From the NCBI GenBank assembly GCA_973895155.1, contig OZ316893.1, positions 22,913,844-22,977,843 on the forward strand: a stretch of DNA of 64,000 bases, in the 5' to 3' direction. A model generated the notes under the pieces. It was not told where the DNA came from and did not search any database. It saw only the letters and a program-made list of their open reading frames with translations. The DNA is from Marsupella aquatica. Taxonomy: Eukaryota > Plantae > Marchantiophyta. Positions within the stretch are counted from its first letter, which is position 1; each line of letters begins with the position of its first letter. Below, piece by piece: positions 50,014 to 62,200 of the stretch. Position numbers and translations under genes: made by a program.

Positions 50014-52705
50014 TGTCACATCGTCGGCTTCGGCCTTAACTCGGGCTTTGGCTTAGACGGGCACATCCTTCGTAACAATGAGGGTTCGGTAGGGAGGGAA
50101 GCACGTAATGCACCTAATTCGTGTAAACTAGCGCTAAGTGCGCCTACTGTTAGATACGGACACATCCTAGGTATGGTTTGTGTTCCGCCGCCGGAACGTA
50201 CCTTAGTCGATAGTAGGATCGACCCCAACTTAAGGGCTTCTAAACCTTTGTGCTGTCCGCCTTCGATCCGGATTCGATGATACAGGTCCTCAACCCGGGC
50301 TCGCAACCACTTACCCGCAAGCTGCACCCCGTGCACGACTCGGGTAGTGCGTTCGGCCCAGCGTTGCCGCCTATACACGAGATTCACACTTACACATCCA
50401 CGCACAAGCATACAATCTCGATTTACACGAAGGAAATAGTGGGAAAGGATTTTACTACAAAGGGGACATGCGTACACTTGATTGACCCGACAGCCCTAGA
50501 GTGAACAGGTTCAAGGCCGAGGGTGTACACTACAACGGAGCCCGGCTCCGCACTCGCCCAGTGAGCTTAGTCCTACCCCCTCCCCTTGATACTCTTCCAC
50601 TCCTAGAGGTCGGGACTCCTCGCACATACCGCGGATGTCCAAGTTGAGACTAAAAACCCCCCTGCCTCTACCGAGGGGTGCACTAAATACTAAGGGCCGA
50701 GGAACGGGGTGGCCTCCCGTCCGAAGATTCGCTGACAAGGTCCTAACTAAGCTGACTATCAGACCGAAAAATGGCTGTCTTATTAGAAGATCCTAATCTA
50801 TGCAGGCTGGACAGCATGGCAGTGCTGCCGTAACTAAGGCAGGTGCCTGTCCCAATAGCCTGACTTAGCTATTCCTAACCCTATTCTATTCCTACTCCGC
50901 CGCTAATGTCTGGCACGCTTGCCAGAGCCGCCCGAGTGGGAGCGGTCATCCCGCTGCTTGCGAAGTCTGTCGTTGTTTGACTTGAGGAGCCGGACTTGGT
51001 CTAGCAGAGATTCGTTCTCTCGCTTTGCCAAGTCTGTCTCCTCCGCTGCCTCCTGGCATGCCTCCTCCAGCTGTTGGGCGTCGCTCGTCAACTTGCCCAC
51101 CAACTGGTCCTGCTTCTCGGCTTCAGTTTGAAGCCGTGCTACTTTGGCTTGTAGCGTGGCTATCTCCGCAGTGTCCCGCTGGGCCCGTTCTTCGGCCTCT
51201 TCCAGGTCTTTCTGCTAGATGACAGTTTGATTCTTCAAACTGTCAATCTAGGACCGGAGCCGTGAAATCTCAGCCTCATTCCCAGCCTTGGCCTGTTCGG
51301 CTAGGGCGGTAAGGGTGTGCGCCTTTGCTAACAACTCATCGGCGGCTGCAACCTTGCGTTGAAGTTGTAGAAGCTTAGCCTCTTGAGCCGCCACTTCGTC
51401 CTTTAAGTATACGGACTCCACCTGGTACCGCTCTATCCTCTGAAGGGCCTCTGACTGGGCCCGACCTGCCTTTACTGCGGCAACTAACTCCTGATTGAAG
51501 AAACAGGCTACCTTCCGGGCCATGAACTCCCCGGTATCCCGGGCAATCTGTTGAGAGAAATCTCCCAAAAGCCCGTTCAGAAATGTACCTGGTACGAAGA
51601 GTTCTGGGTGGTCCAGGTTGTGTCTGTCCGGATTTGGGCACGGGCAGACGTCAACACGTGCGGGGGCCGGGGTAGTGACATCTAGCCCTGGAGACGTAGT
51701 GTTGGAAGGGGCTGGAGTTTCCTCCTCCAGCAACGTTCGGTCCTCCGGAATAACCCCCAGTGGATCTTCGGGAAACCCGGGCTCGGGTAAGGCCTCCGCG
51801 GTCCCGACTTCTGTACTTGGCCCGGCCTGGTTGATCGTATCTATGGCTGGGATTACCGACTCATCCGGTACCTCCTCGGCCACGGCTACAGCTACTTGAG
51901 GGGGTGGGGTGGGTGAAGCATGCGTGGCCGTTGGACTTCGGGCCTCGGGTTGGGGCCGTCTCTCCAAGGCCGGGAAAACCCACCTAGCTGGAACCAATTT
52001 AGTTACGTTGACATAGGGAAGGGTTCGTCGATCAAACCGGGCGTACCACTCAAGAATGATCTCGATGTGGCTTGCAAAATATGCCTTCCCGCCGATGTAT
52101 AACGTCTTTCTTTGCCGCTCCATCTCTTCATGGAATTTCTTAGCGAAGTACGATGCCCACCTCCTAGGTCGATAGTTCTCGACCTGGATAACCTGGGCAG
52201 CGGAGATCTCACCCCGGGGTTCCATCATGTGGAGGGCGTACCGTTGGAACTCCAATCGCTCAGCTATCTTGGGGATGAGGCAAGTCCTCATCACGAACCC
52301 GTTGTCCACTGCCCCTTCGGAGGGAAAACCTGAGGATTGGTACTTGGCTCCCTTGCCCCCAGGAGCCGGTGATTCGACGCGGTAGTCACCTTCGGGTAAC
52401 CCAAAGATCATCTTGAGCCTTTCTTCCGTGAGGGATATATTCCTTCCCCGTAGCCGAGTTTGTTGACGGGCATCGTCATAATTCTTCACAAATTCCGTCA
52501 TATCACCTCGGGTAATGGTCTTTTCGGGTCACGTCGTTCAGCTTACGATAGTCCTGACAGATCCGGATTTTAGGTTTTCCATCCGTACCTCCCTGTTTTG
52601 GTACAATGACAATGGGAGAGACCCAGTCGCTGGCCATTACCGGGTAGATGATATCTGCGGCGAGAAGACGGTCAATTTCCTCCTTCACTAAGATGGAGTA
52701 CCTCG
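50014..52705 (-). mobile_element. Deleted gypsy element: RT fragment, extra coiled-coil ORF and possible LTR
   Basis: 52503-52705 encodes MDPRYSILVKEEIDRLL..WVSPIVIVPK..DYRKLN, next to the 417-aa ORF (51248-52501, continuing to ~50903). 50014-50737 has TGTCA...TGACA ends, but no TSD or clear PPT. Confidence 0.65.
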
Positions 52706-54512
52706 GGTCCATGGATCCCACTTGGTATTTGACCCATGGAATTTGGTACTGAAGGAGACGAAATAGGCAATTCGCGTTCACCGTTTCTCAACATTCAAGT
52801 AGGGAATACCAAGTGGGATCCACGGATCCCACTTGGTATTCGACCCACCAAATTTGGCTTCGAGGCTGCCCCTCCCTGCAATTCTGGCACATTTGGACTC
52901 CTCATTCGCTCAAACTGTGATTGAACACTAGACACAGCTATCTTCACTCCTGGAGAATGAGCCATTGGAAAAACCAATGGAGATCTTCGGGCGGGCCTAC
53001 ATAGTAACGTTGTTCTTGGCATTAAAAACCGGGGCCTTCGTCTTCAAAGATCTGTCGGGGTTCGCGGAGAACTAGGTGTCTCTATCGTAGGAACTACATT
53101 AGGCTTTTTTACAAGTAGACGTCGTTTAAGAGGTTTACTTGGAGAGACATAGTATGAAATTGGAGCACCCACAATACTCCTACAAGACTCTGAATCAGAC
53201 TCTGATTTCTCAGATTCTGAGGAAAATGAAATCTCTGGCACTACTCTCTGTGAGGCTGGTAATTCATTCATCAAACGAGATGGAATAAATTTTTGACAAC
53301 ATCTAGCAAAGATGCATCTGAACTGTAAATTGACTCATCACTTGAAGACGCCATAGAGAAGCAAACAAGGGTTGTATAGGAGTACGTATTCCTATCCAAC
53401 AGAGATAATTCAGATTATAGTATTCTATGAAAACAACTACTCAGTACTGAACGAACCTCAAAGTAATCGCGAGAAATGAAGATGAAAAGCAGATGCGAGC
53501 TCTTCCTTTTATAGTTTTCGGGGGGATTGTACACGTGGCATTCCCTCATTGGTCCGTACGAGGGTTTTTTAAAGTGAGAGTCTGTCTTTTCAAGGAATGC
53601 TGAAATTTAAATTGCAGATTTTTGAGGAAGTTGCTGTGGATCCCAGTTGGTCTTCAAACTAGAATATCAAGGTATGCGATGCAAAAACTTCAAAATGTAG
53701 AGGTTGAATACTAGATGGGATGGATCCCATCTGGTATTCATCCTCCTGTTTTCCCGATGAGTTTTTGGACTTGCAAAAAAAATGGGATCCATGGATCTCA
53801 GTTGGTATTCATGTCGAAAGATCTCCTGATGCAAAGTTGCAGGTGGAAAACATTGAGGTTGAATACGGTAGTGGATACTTGGATCCCGTCTCGTATTCAT
53901 CATGCGTTATGGGTCTCGTATTCATGGTTATGCGTCTCGTATTCATCATCTTTGGAAATATCATGCGTTATCATCATCGGGTTAACTTAACTAACTGGTG
54001 GGTCGACTGTAGTCCGCGGTCAGTTTTTCACAGTTTTTGGTTTTACCGCAGTTAAAAATTCAAATATTTTAAACTTGAGGTTAAATGGAAGCGTCAAGAG
54101 AATGATTTGGTGCGGTTTTCATCCACGTTCAACGGTTGAATCCGAAATGGGATACGTCGTATCCCATTTTCAGTTTGCCATTTTGATGGTGAAAATGAAA
54201 TCTTGTGTTTTCCTCGTTTTGTTTGACGCTCGAATTTAGCTTTTAGAAGGATCACGTGAAAAGCATTGTTTTTCTAGGTTTTGGAATTTACTCTTTTTTT
54301 AGATGAAGTGTCTCGGAATTTTGGATTGTAACAATTCTTTGTTTTTGTGTCGACAGTATCTCGATTTGAAATCCGATGTTGGATGCAATTTTGGATTCAT
54401 CCTCAAAATAATGTTTTTGATCTTAATTTTAGTGATTTTTTGCCATTTTTCGCGAAATCGAAAACACACTTCTCGTTTGGTGGTCATACTTCTTGTTTGG
54501 TCGGTCACTGTG
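52706..54512 (+). mobile_element. Third, partial and more diverged copy of the CACAGTG element (right end)
   Basis: 53537-54512 aligns with 18357-19289 and ends GGTCGGTCACTGTG; GGATCC hairpins at 52706-52850. Confidence 0.8.
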
Positions 54513-55132
54513 TTTGTTACGCTTTGGACTCTTTTTTTCAGACATTGTGGTTCATCGTGGGTTTTAGGTTTTGGTAAAAGTTGTGAGGAGAGGATCATCC
54601 AGCATTGTGAAGTGTTCAGTAATTTCACTGGAGACAGCAAAACTCTGTAATGGCTGTGGTGATGGCAGCTGCATGCCCAAAAGATAAGTGATCAAACACC
54701 AAAGCGGACTGCAGGGGGAGCAGAAAACAAAATCCAGCTGTCATATGTTTAATTCAGGCATTTTTTGGCACTCTTGAGCAAAAGCTGAAAGAGTGAAAAA
54801 AAAGTTGTCCAAAGGGGCAATTTATCATGTGTGATTGGGGGGGGGGACCAAGAGAGGTATGGAGTAAGTTGCTAGGAGGTACATCATGGAGAGATGTTGT
54901 GGGGGCTTTGAATTTTTGCTTGGGTTTTTTTCTATAACTCTTTAGTTTTGCTTTCTCCTCTCTTCTTTTCATCGTGTTGGAGGGAAAGGGGGGAGGGGGG
55001 GTATATTTTGGTTTCTATGTCTATTTGGGGGGTGGGGTGAATTGATGGGGCCAACTTGAATCCCTGTGCGCCCCTCCCACATTAATGCCTGTGTTTTGGA
55101 GGTTGGCTTGACATGAGAGATAACCAACAAGT

Positions 55133-55462
55133 GGCATGATTAGTTCCACAAAGTTCACTGCACTGGCTATAGTAAACAACCTCTTGTTTAATAAAAATGG
55201 AAGTCTGATTCAAACGACCAGGTACAACATCACATTTTACACCTAAGGAAGGTACAGCCCAACTATGAAGTACATCGATGGAAGTAATAATCATACATAG
55301 ATGAGTTTTTGCTGGTACAACCATCCAATTGTCCACTTCTAATAAATGTAATTGACCCAATTCTAGATCATCCTTTGGAATCATATAACTGTCAAAAGTT
55401 AGTGGCTGTTCATCAGAACTGTTATATATAGTCTGAATACTCATAGGTCCAATACCATTGAT
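55133..55462 (-). pseudogene. cox2: Mitochondrial cox2 fragment (NUMT)
   Basis: [33 protein letters not shown]...[23 protein letters not shown]...[10 protein letters not shown]; truncated and frameshifted. Confidence 0.93.
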
Positions 55463-55867
55463 CTACAGTTAATCTAGACCCCAAAATTGTCTAAGTATGG
55501 AAGGAATCAAATATCTTTTACTCTTGACTTGACTGTTTTCCCTTGTTGCAACTTTCAAAAGTTGTCTAAGTGTGAAAAAAAGACACCATGAAGTCAATCA
55601 TGACGGGAAAATTTTGCTAGTGTGCAAGAACTAGATTAAATGTTGTACAAACCCACGATCATGTAGCGGTGGATCCTTGAAGACTCTTTAATCATGTGAA
55701 ATCATAATCCATTATGCCTTCAAGAATAGACGTACTCTATAATCATGTGAAGACAAGCATAGACAAATAAGCAGTAGACTGTGACCCAACATGCGATGGA
55801 TTGCAATGAGAAATGTATGGTGTAAGGTACCGCAGAAGAACTAAGATGTGACATACGGAACCTATGT

Positions 55868-55980
55868 AGGGGGCCTAGTTAATAAGGGGCCTAGTTAATA
55901 ACACTGTTTTTGTGGGGGGCTTAGTTAATAAGAACATTTTTGTGGGGGGCCTAGTTTGTAACAAAATTTTAGACGGGGCC
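55868..55980. repeat. Short degenerate repeat cluster
   Basis: ggggcctagttaataa-like unit present about four times. Confidence 0.6.
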
Positions 55981-57798
55981 TCTCCCCATAAATCATATAC
56001 GTTGAGCTTAATGCAAATGCGTCTTGTTGCTCTTCCTAGGTCCTTGTTTTGAATGGGGAGGTTTGATTCTAGTCAACTGGCTCTCTAAGTGTCCGGCCAC
56101 TGCACCCCAATCTCCCTGCAGCTTCCCTCTTGTCTTTTGTCGGGACTTTTCTCCAGGCTACCGCTGCCATCCACTTCAGTTTTGCCCAACAGATTTTGGA
56201 TGCAGCTGTCCAGTTTAATTGTTCATGGACATCTCTTCCACTAGATTGATGTTACGTACATTTGTTGCTGTCACTTGTCCTCTCAAAATGAGCCCAGACA
56301 AGTTATTCCTGAAAATGAACATTTTATGGAAATTTTATGAATTTATTCCTCTCATAATTTTGTTGCTGTCAATTATTCCTTTGTTCACTATTAATCTAGA
56401 TCGCGACTAAGCTTAGCTGATTCTTGATTGAACAAAGCTCTTCAATTCCACTTGGTTGCTTGCATTTCCGAGTTGCCCATCAATGCTACTATTGTATTTT
56501 CATTTAACTGGCTTAGTTAGCTACATGCCTAGCAATTGGTTGATTCAAACTACAGCAAATGGCCTGTGGCCCCGTTGGTTGTCGTTGGCCATAGCAAGGC
56601 TTTGCAGGGCTCGACAACGAGCTAGGAATAGATTGGGTTGACTGCATTCCGAGTCTATGAAGCTTCTTTTGGCTTCATATTAAGCTCTCAAATCACTTAC
56701 CTGCATCGACGCGCAAGTATTGAATACTTTTGTCTGACTGATCTCCTCTTTCAGCAAGTCAGTGCAAGTGTATTTTGAATCAAGATTTCCCATCACGCTC
56801 TTTGAAAACTTTTTGACCGGGTACATTGCTCTCATCTCAGTGGCTTCATCGACAGCTCAGTCTTCCTATTTCTCAGGGCAGATTTGGGCTTACTTCCATT
56901 GAGCGTCTTGCACCTTTGGCCTTTTTGGGCGCGTGGGCAGCCGCCTTCTCATTGATGGCAGATCGATTTTTACTGAGGATCGACCTTTTTTACTCTCGTC
57001 TCTCATGGAGGTAGAGGAGGGTTGTGGCATCACAAGTCAAGAAGGAGGTTGTGGCATCACAAGGCCACAACTGTCCATCTTCTTCGGTGTAGTTTGGGCG
57101 GCGAAACCATTTTTGTTCACGATGTTGTGAGAGATGTGTGATACCATGGTTATAACTAAGGAAATTAAAAAGAAAAATTTGAAAATTTGAGTGTACTGAG
57201 ATCGGAAAGGACCATAAAAAGTAAATTGTAGTATGAAATCTGGAAATATCCGGATAGCACCCTTTTTGGAACTTGAAAGTAACGGCACCATTGAGCCATG
57301 AGAGAAGGCATGGGAGAATGAATATTAAAACCATAAGTCTGACATCCGACCAGAGACCGGAAGTTGGCAACCGAGTTCTTAAGACCAAGCCAGACCGAGC
57401 ATTCCTCACACCACCAAACTGCTGCGGAAATCTTTCGTGAGAAGTCACAAGAGTGAATAGAGCCGGACGAGGCTACTGATTTGAGGCATTAGGCATGAGG
57501 AACTGGTTACGAGGGAAGTGGGTGATCGTTTGATTGAGTGGGGAAGTGATGATTTGATTCCAATTTCTGGATTTGAGATTTCCGGACTTTTGTGAAGGGA
57601 TTTTAATTTGGTTTCTTTCTCTTCCTCGTTCATCATGGTGAAGAGAAAGGATCTGGATTTTGCCCCAGACAAATCCGGAATCCGGACGCTTCCAAAGCGA
57701 ACGACTAAGGAGCGAACAGTCATTGTTAACGATCGGCCGCTGCATCCGGAGATTCCTACGGATCCGGAAAGGAAGGACCGTTTACAAAACAACCTTGA

Positions 57799-58087
57799 GG
57801 GGGTATGACATGCGTGACAGTAAACAGGAAACAGGTTTACTGGTACCAGCAAAAATTTACTATGACCAGAAAAATGACATGTAAAAATATTTCCTAAAAA
57901 ATCACATTTTTCAAAAAAAAAATTGTCGACAACTTTTTTTGGCTAGCTTTGGGCGCTAGCAAAAAAATATTTTCGGCCAAAAAAAAAAATTAAAAGAAAA
58001 TTTCAAAAAAACTACCACTCATTTTCCTGTTACCAGTTTTTGTTTCTTGTTATTGTTTGTTGTTTCTTGTCGTTTGTAAATACCCCC
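57799..58087. mobile_element. ~289-bp MITE with 5-bp TSD
   Basis: GGGGGTAT...ATACCCCC; TSD cttga; removal restores the host reading frame. Confidence 0.75.
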
Positions 58088-58141
58088 CTTGAGGCCATGG
58101 GCTGTGCAAAGTTGATGGAGTTGTCTTGGGGATATCAGAGT

Positions 58142-58775
58142 GGCCTCATTCACAATTGGGTGTACCTCGCAGGAACCACTTTCAGGACTCAAAAACATGT
58201 TTTTTTAGTGAAAAATGACTTTCATAACATGGAAAAAGCTTCATCATGATTTTATCTCAAGACATTTAAGTCTAACTTTTTCACAAGACTACTTTACATG
58301 GTGTAACCTACCTCACCATGTAGATAAATCAAGTTTTTAACTTTTTTAAGGGATCCTTTTATTGATGGCCCTAAATAAGCCAAAATTACTTATTAGTTTT
58401 GTCCTATACATAAAGGTTTAGTGTGTGTCAATATTTGAGTTTTGAAATATAAGTTTATTCTATTAGTATGCATGCCTTGGCAAAATTTCATTATCTAAAA
58501 TGCAAGTTTTAGAGTCCTTTCTAGTCCTGAAATGATGTGACTCATTGCATGACAAGTCATTCGATATTTGAAAGACATATAAGGAAAGCTTCAAAATCTC
58601 AAATGCTAGATAGTTTAATGAATGTTACCAACCTACAGGATGTTTATTACGTATAGTACATCAAATTTTGCATATCATCTCATTACACCTTACAAATGAT
58701 GTCCTAAAGCATCATAAACTATGGTCACTTTTGAGTGTGACGTTCCTTTTGGGTCCTCCAATTGTGAATGAGGCC
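58142..58775. mobile_element. 634-bp TIR element with 4-bp TSD
   Basis: Perfect 18-bp TIR GGCCTCATTCACAATTGG...CCAATTGTGAATGAGGCC; TSD gagt; removal restores the frame. Confidence 0.88.
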
Positions 58776-58910
58776 GAGTGCAGTGTTTGTGAAGGAGGTC
58801 CGGAATCGTGCCACCCTTGCTTTGGATTTTCCGGATTCTATCAGAGGAAATCCGGAAAAGTGGACTGCGGCTGTCATCTCGTCATTGCTAGATGTGCCAT
58901 TGAAGGGAGA

Positions 58911-59205
58911 CTCGGGGTTTCACTTCCACAAAAATGGCATATCACGTGCGACGAAGGATAGGGTCATTTTATTGGTTCTAAGGGAAGACTTAAGAATTTT
59001 TGTAGAAGAACAATAGGGTCTTTCAAATTCAATTTTGAGACTTATAAGAACATTAGGGCCTTTTTAATCCAATTTTTAGAATATTCCAAGAATATTCCAA
59101 CTTTATAGGGGTTAAAAAATAATTTTTTTTCTTACATTTTAGGGGGTCCGAGCCCAAAAAACGTCGTAGGCGATGGGGAGGTCCCCATATAGTGAGACCC
59201 CCGAG
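58911..59205 (-). mobile_element. ~295-bp MITE, copy 5
   Basis: Same family as 28652; TSD aagggaga. Confidence 0.93.
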
Positions 59206-62200
59206 AAGGGAGAGAGTTTTCTGACTTCGAAGGAGAATTATGCTGACAATTACTTTGATGGTGAGGTTGATCCGAAGGATGGCTGGAAGATGTCTCAGTG
59301 CCTGAATGAGGAGACATCAAAGAACTCATTCCTGTTACTCATTCTATCCCCTGCCAAACCTCGTCGAGTGACAATCCGGATTGACAATACGATTGCTGCT
59401 TCCTACGTAGGGGAGAAGAAGATTTCTTGGGCAAAGGTGTTGGAGGAAGTCATTGCTAAGGAAGTCCATAATCTTCACTTAAAGACTCCCACCTCCCTTT
59501 CGTGCTACCTAGCGAACCTGTACTCCATGGACCGGGTTCTGACAGGTGAAGAGGCAGAAGATACGAGAACCAAGCCATGTTGGCTCAGCTCGGAGATCCA
59601 TCGACAACCATCTAAGGGGACTGAGTCAGAAGAGGAACCTGTCATTGAAGTCCGACCCCCTAGGACCCGGAAGCGGTTCGTCCAGAGTCCGGAACCGGAT
59701 CCTGTTGAGGATCCGGAACCACCTGTCCGGAGACCGAAAAGCAAAGAAAGTCTTCCGAGCATGACATCAAGTTCAAAGTGGACGGCGCGCATCGGCAGAG
59801 TTGGAGCATGTCCGGATTTTTGTAGAAAGTGCCACCGGCAAGACGAAGCAACTAGAGGATCTTGTTGGAAAGGTTGTTGAGATGCTCAACTGCAGTCCAG
59901 TTGTCATCATTTCCACTTTGGATATGGTGATTAAAAGCCAGGCCAAGAAGAGGATTTGGGACTTGGAGGATCAGGCAGTCAAGGATAGACAGAAGATTGA
60001 TTCCTTGGTGGACCAGTTGGAAGTTGCACAGAAGAAGTTGGAGGAGCATTTGAAAATCCGGAAATTATTGAATGCAATAGTCGCCAGTGTTCAGGAAGCG
60101 CTTCATGTACCAGCCTTGGACTTGGTTGAGACCAACCTGATCGATAAATACTTAGCGACAGCCAACCCAGGCACTCTTGCCAAGGTTATTGAGTGCAATA
60201 ACCGGTTTGCTAAGAAGATCACGGGAGCTTTCGACCAGATGGAGAAAGTTATTTCGGATGTGAAGTCAACGCTTGCACCTGCTTGAGTCCGGATTCCGGA
60301 TTCCGGAATGTCTGATATAGAGGGCACTCCACCCAAATTTGAGAAGGTTGAGTTCCGTTTTCCGTCCGTATGGCCTTCGACTATCAGTCCCACACGCAAC
60401 TTTACTTTGGATTTGAAAGATGCGGAAGCTACTACGAGTTTAGGAACACCTACTTCCCAGAAGCCGACTAGTCCGGTTGATGGCACACATGAGTCAGTTA
60501 GAGTAGAGGTAGAAGATGATTCTCCAATAGCTTAGTAGTTTTTAGTTAGTTAGTTAACATTTTTGGATCCGACTAGGATCTAAATCCGGATTTAGTAGTA
60601 GAACCGGAAATCAATATCCGGATTTTGCTTTACATCCATTTCCGGATTTTCCTTTGTTCTCATTTCCGGATTTTTGCCTCATACTCATTTCCGGATTTTT
60701 GTTGTGGACGGAAATCTATTTCTGGATTTGTCTTATTTTCAGTTAAGTTTAGCAATTACAGTTTTACCATGAAACAAGGAGGTGTTTCCTCTATGACTTT
60801 TTGGATCCTTCCTTTGTGCATCTTGAGGAGGAAAATAGATCCCTTTCCTTCAGTTCTCAGTTGCTGTTGGAAGCATAGAAGCTCCTCCTCAGGTGCTCCT
60901 GTTGAGCCTTCAAGACCTGTTGTGAGTAGAACTGCAAACTCCTTTTCCTGTTGAGAAGTTAATACTTAGAAAATTTGACATCATACTTTGAAATTTGATT
61001 TTGATTTGAATTACTCATATGGATTCTTGGTAGCATTGAACTCCTGTTGTTCCAGTAGTTGAAATGGAATGTTTCCTTTCCCATGAGTAATCATCTAAAT
61101 TTGATTGAGAAGTTATCAATTTGACAATCTAGAAATCCTTGTGTGAGAAGATACCAATTCAAGCATTCTAGTACCGTCACCATTTGTTGACCAGAAAGAA
61201 TTCTTGTTTTGATAACTAGATCTCCATGTCAATTTCTAGTTAATGTTTGATGTCTATTCTAATTCGACCATGTTATGAGCTCTGTTGCATTCTGAATCTT
61301 AAAAATCCAGGATCCTATTGATCTGCTGGGGATCGTCATTTTCCATCATCTCTTCTCATGAGTCAATTGAAAAGACATTCTTACTAGTCCTTTTCCATGG
61401 CTTTCTTTAATTATTAGTTTTTGTGCATTGATTACTATCAATCCTCTGGAGAGAGAACTCCCTGGCGAGGTTATGCCGAATCAACATCTTATTTGTTCTT
61501 TTCGGTACCAATTCGCTTTTCATTAACTCTTACAGGGAACGAATTCATGTCTTTAGAAGTTAAAGTGTTATTTAACAATCTACCACTCTACCACAAGATG
61601 CGACTACTCAAGTTCACTCTGGCTCTTTGGTCAGCGTGCGGCGGGAGGTGGTGCTTGAGTTACCTGGTCCTCCATCACAGAGGTTACGGGTGGATCTTAC
61701 CATGGTCCGTGAGGATCAACATACCTTGGCAGATGTAGTAGTGGCAAATCCATTGTGCCAAGACATCATTGGGAAAACGGCAACAACGGCAGGGGCAGGG
61801 GCATCACGATCTGCAACAACAAAGGAGGCCAAATATGTTGCCCGAGCTTCATCTGATAGCTTCCTCCCCCTTGCTCTTGAGATATTTGGGCATCTCCATC
61901 ATCAATTCGACGGGCTTCTTCGACAAGTTGCTCAGGATGTTCATGGCCGGATGGGTCCCACCGGACCCTCGCTATCTGTTTTGACCACACACTTTTGCCA
62001 ACACATTTCAGTCACCTTACAGCGTGCTCAAGCTCGGGCCATCCATCGTCGATCTCTGATAGTGGGTGCTAATGTGCCTCCGCAACGGCTAACCCCCCTA
62101 GATCGAGTACATTCCAGTCCCACTTGCCGATTTAGTTTTGACACTTGATGTGGACCATTAGCTATTAGCCACATTAGCTAGGAATGATAAGGACCTCGGT

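Larger units (their letters stand above)
57137..61595 (+). mobile_element. TG...CA insertion with 5-bp TSD carrying one long decayed ORF (solo-LTR-like)
   Basis: TGTGATA...TACCACA flanked by agatg/agatg. ORF from ~57634 to ~60535 once three MITEs are removed (NNL|EAMGCAKLMELSWGYQS|AVFVKE...PLKGE|SFLTSK..VDPKDGW..VTIRIDNTI..ISWAKV..YLANLY). No pol and no LTR pair. Confidence 0.8.
56826..62148 (+). mobile_element. Decayed CRE-like non-LTR retrotransposon with restriction-like endonuclease, split by a 4.46-kb insertion
   Basis: QLSLPISQGRFGL (post-RT region); HLLRCSLGGETIFVHDVVRD| continues in frame after 61600 as ATTQ...VRREV..RVDL..LADVVV..KEAKY..FLPLALEIFG..ISVTLQRAQA. Confidence 0.8.
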
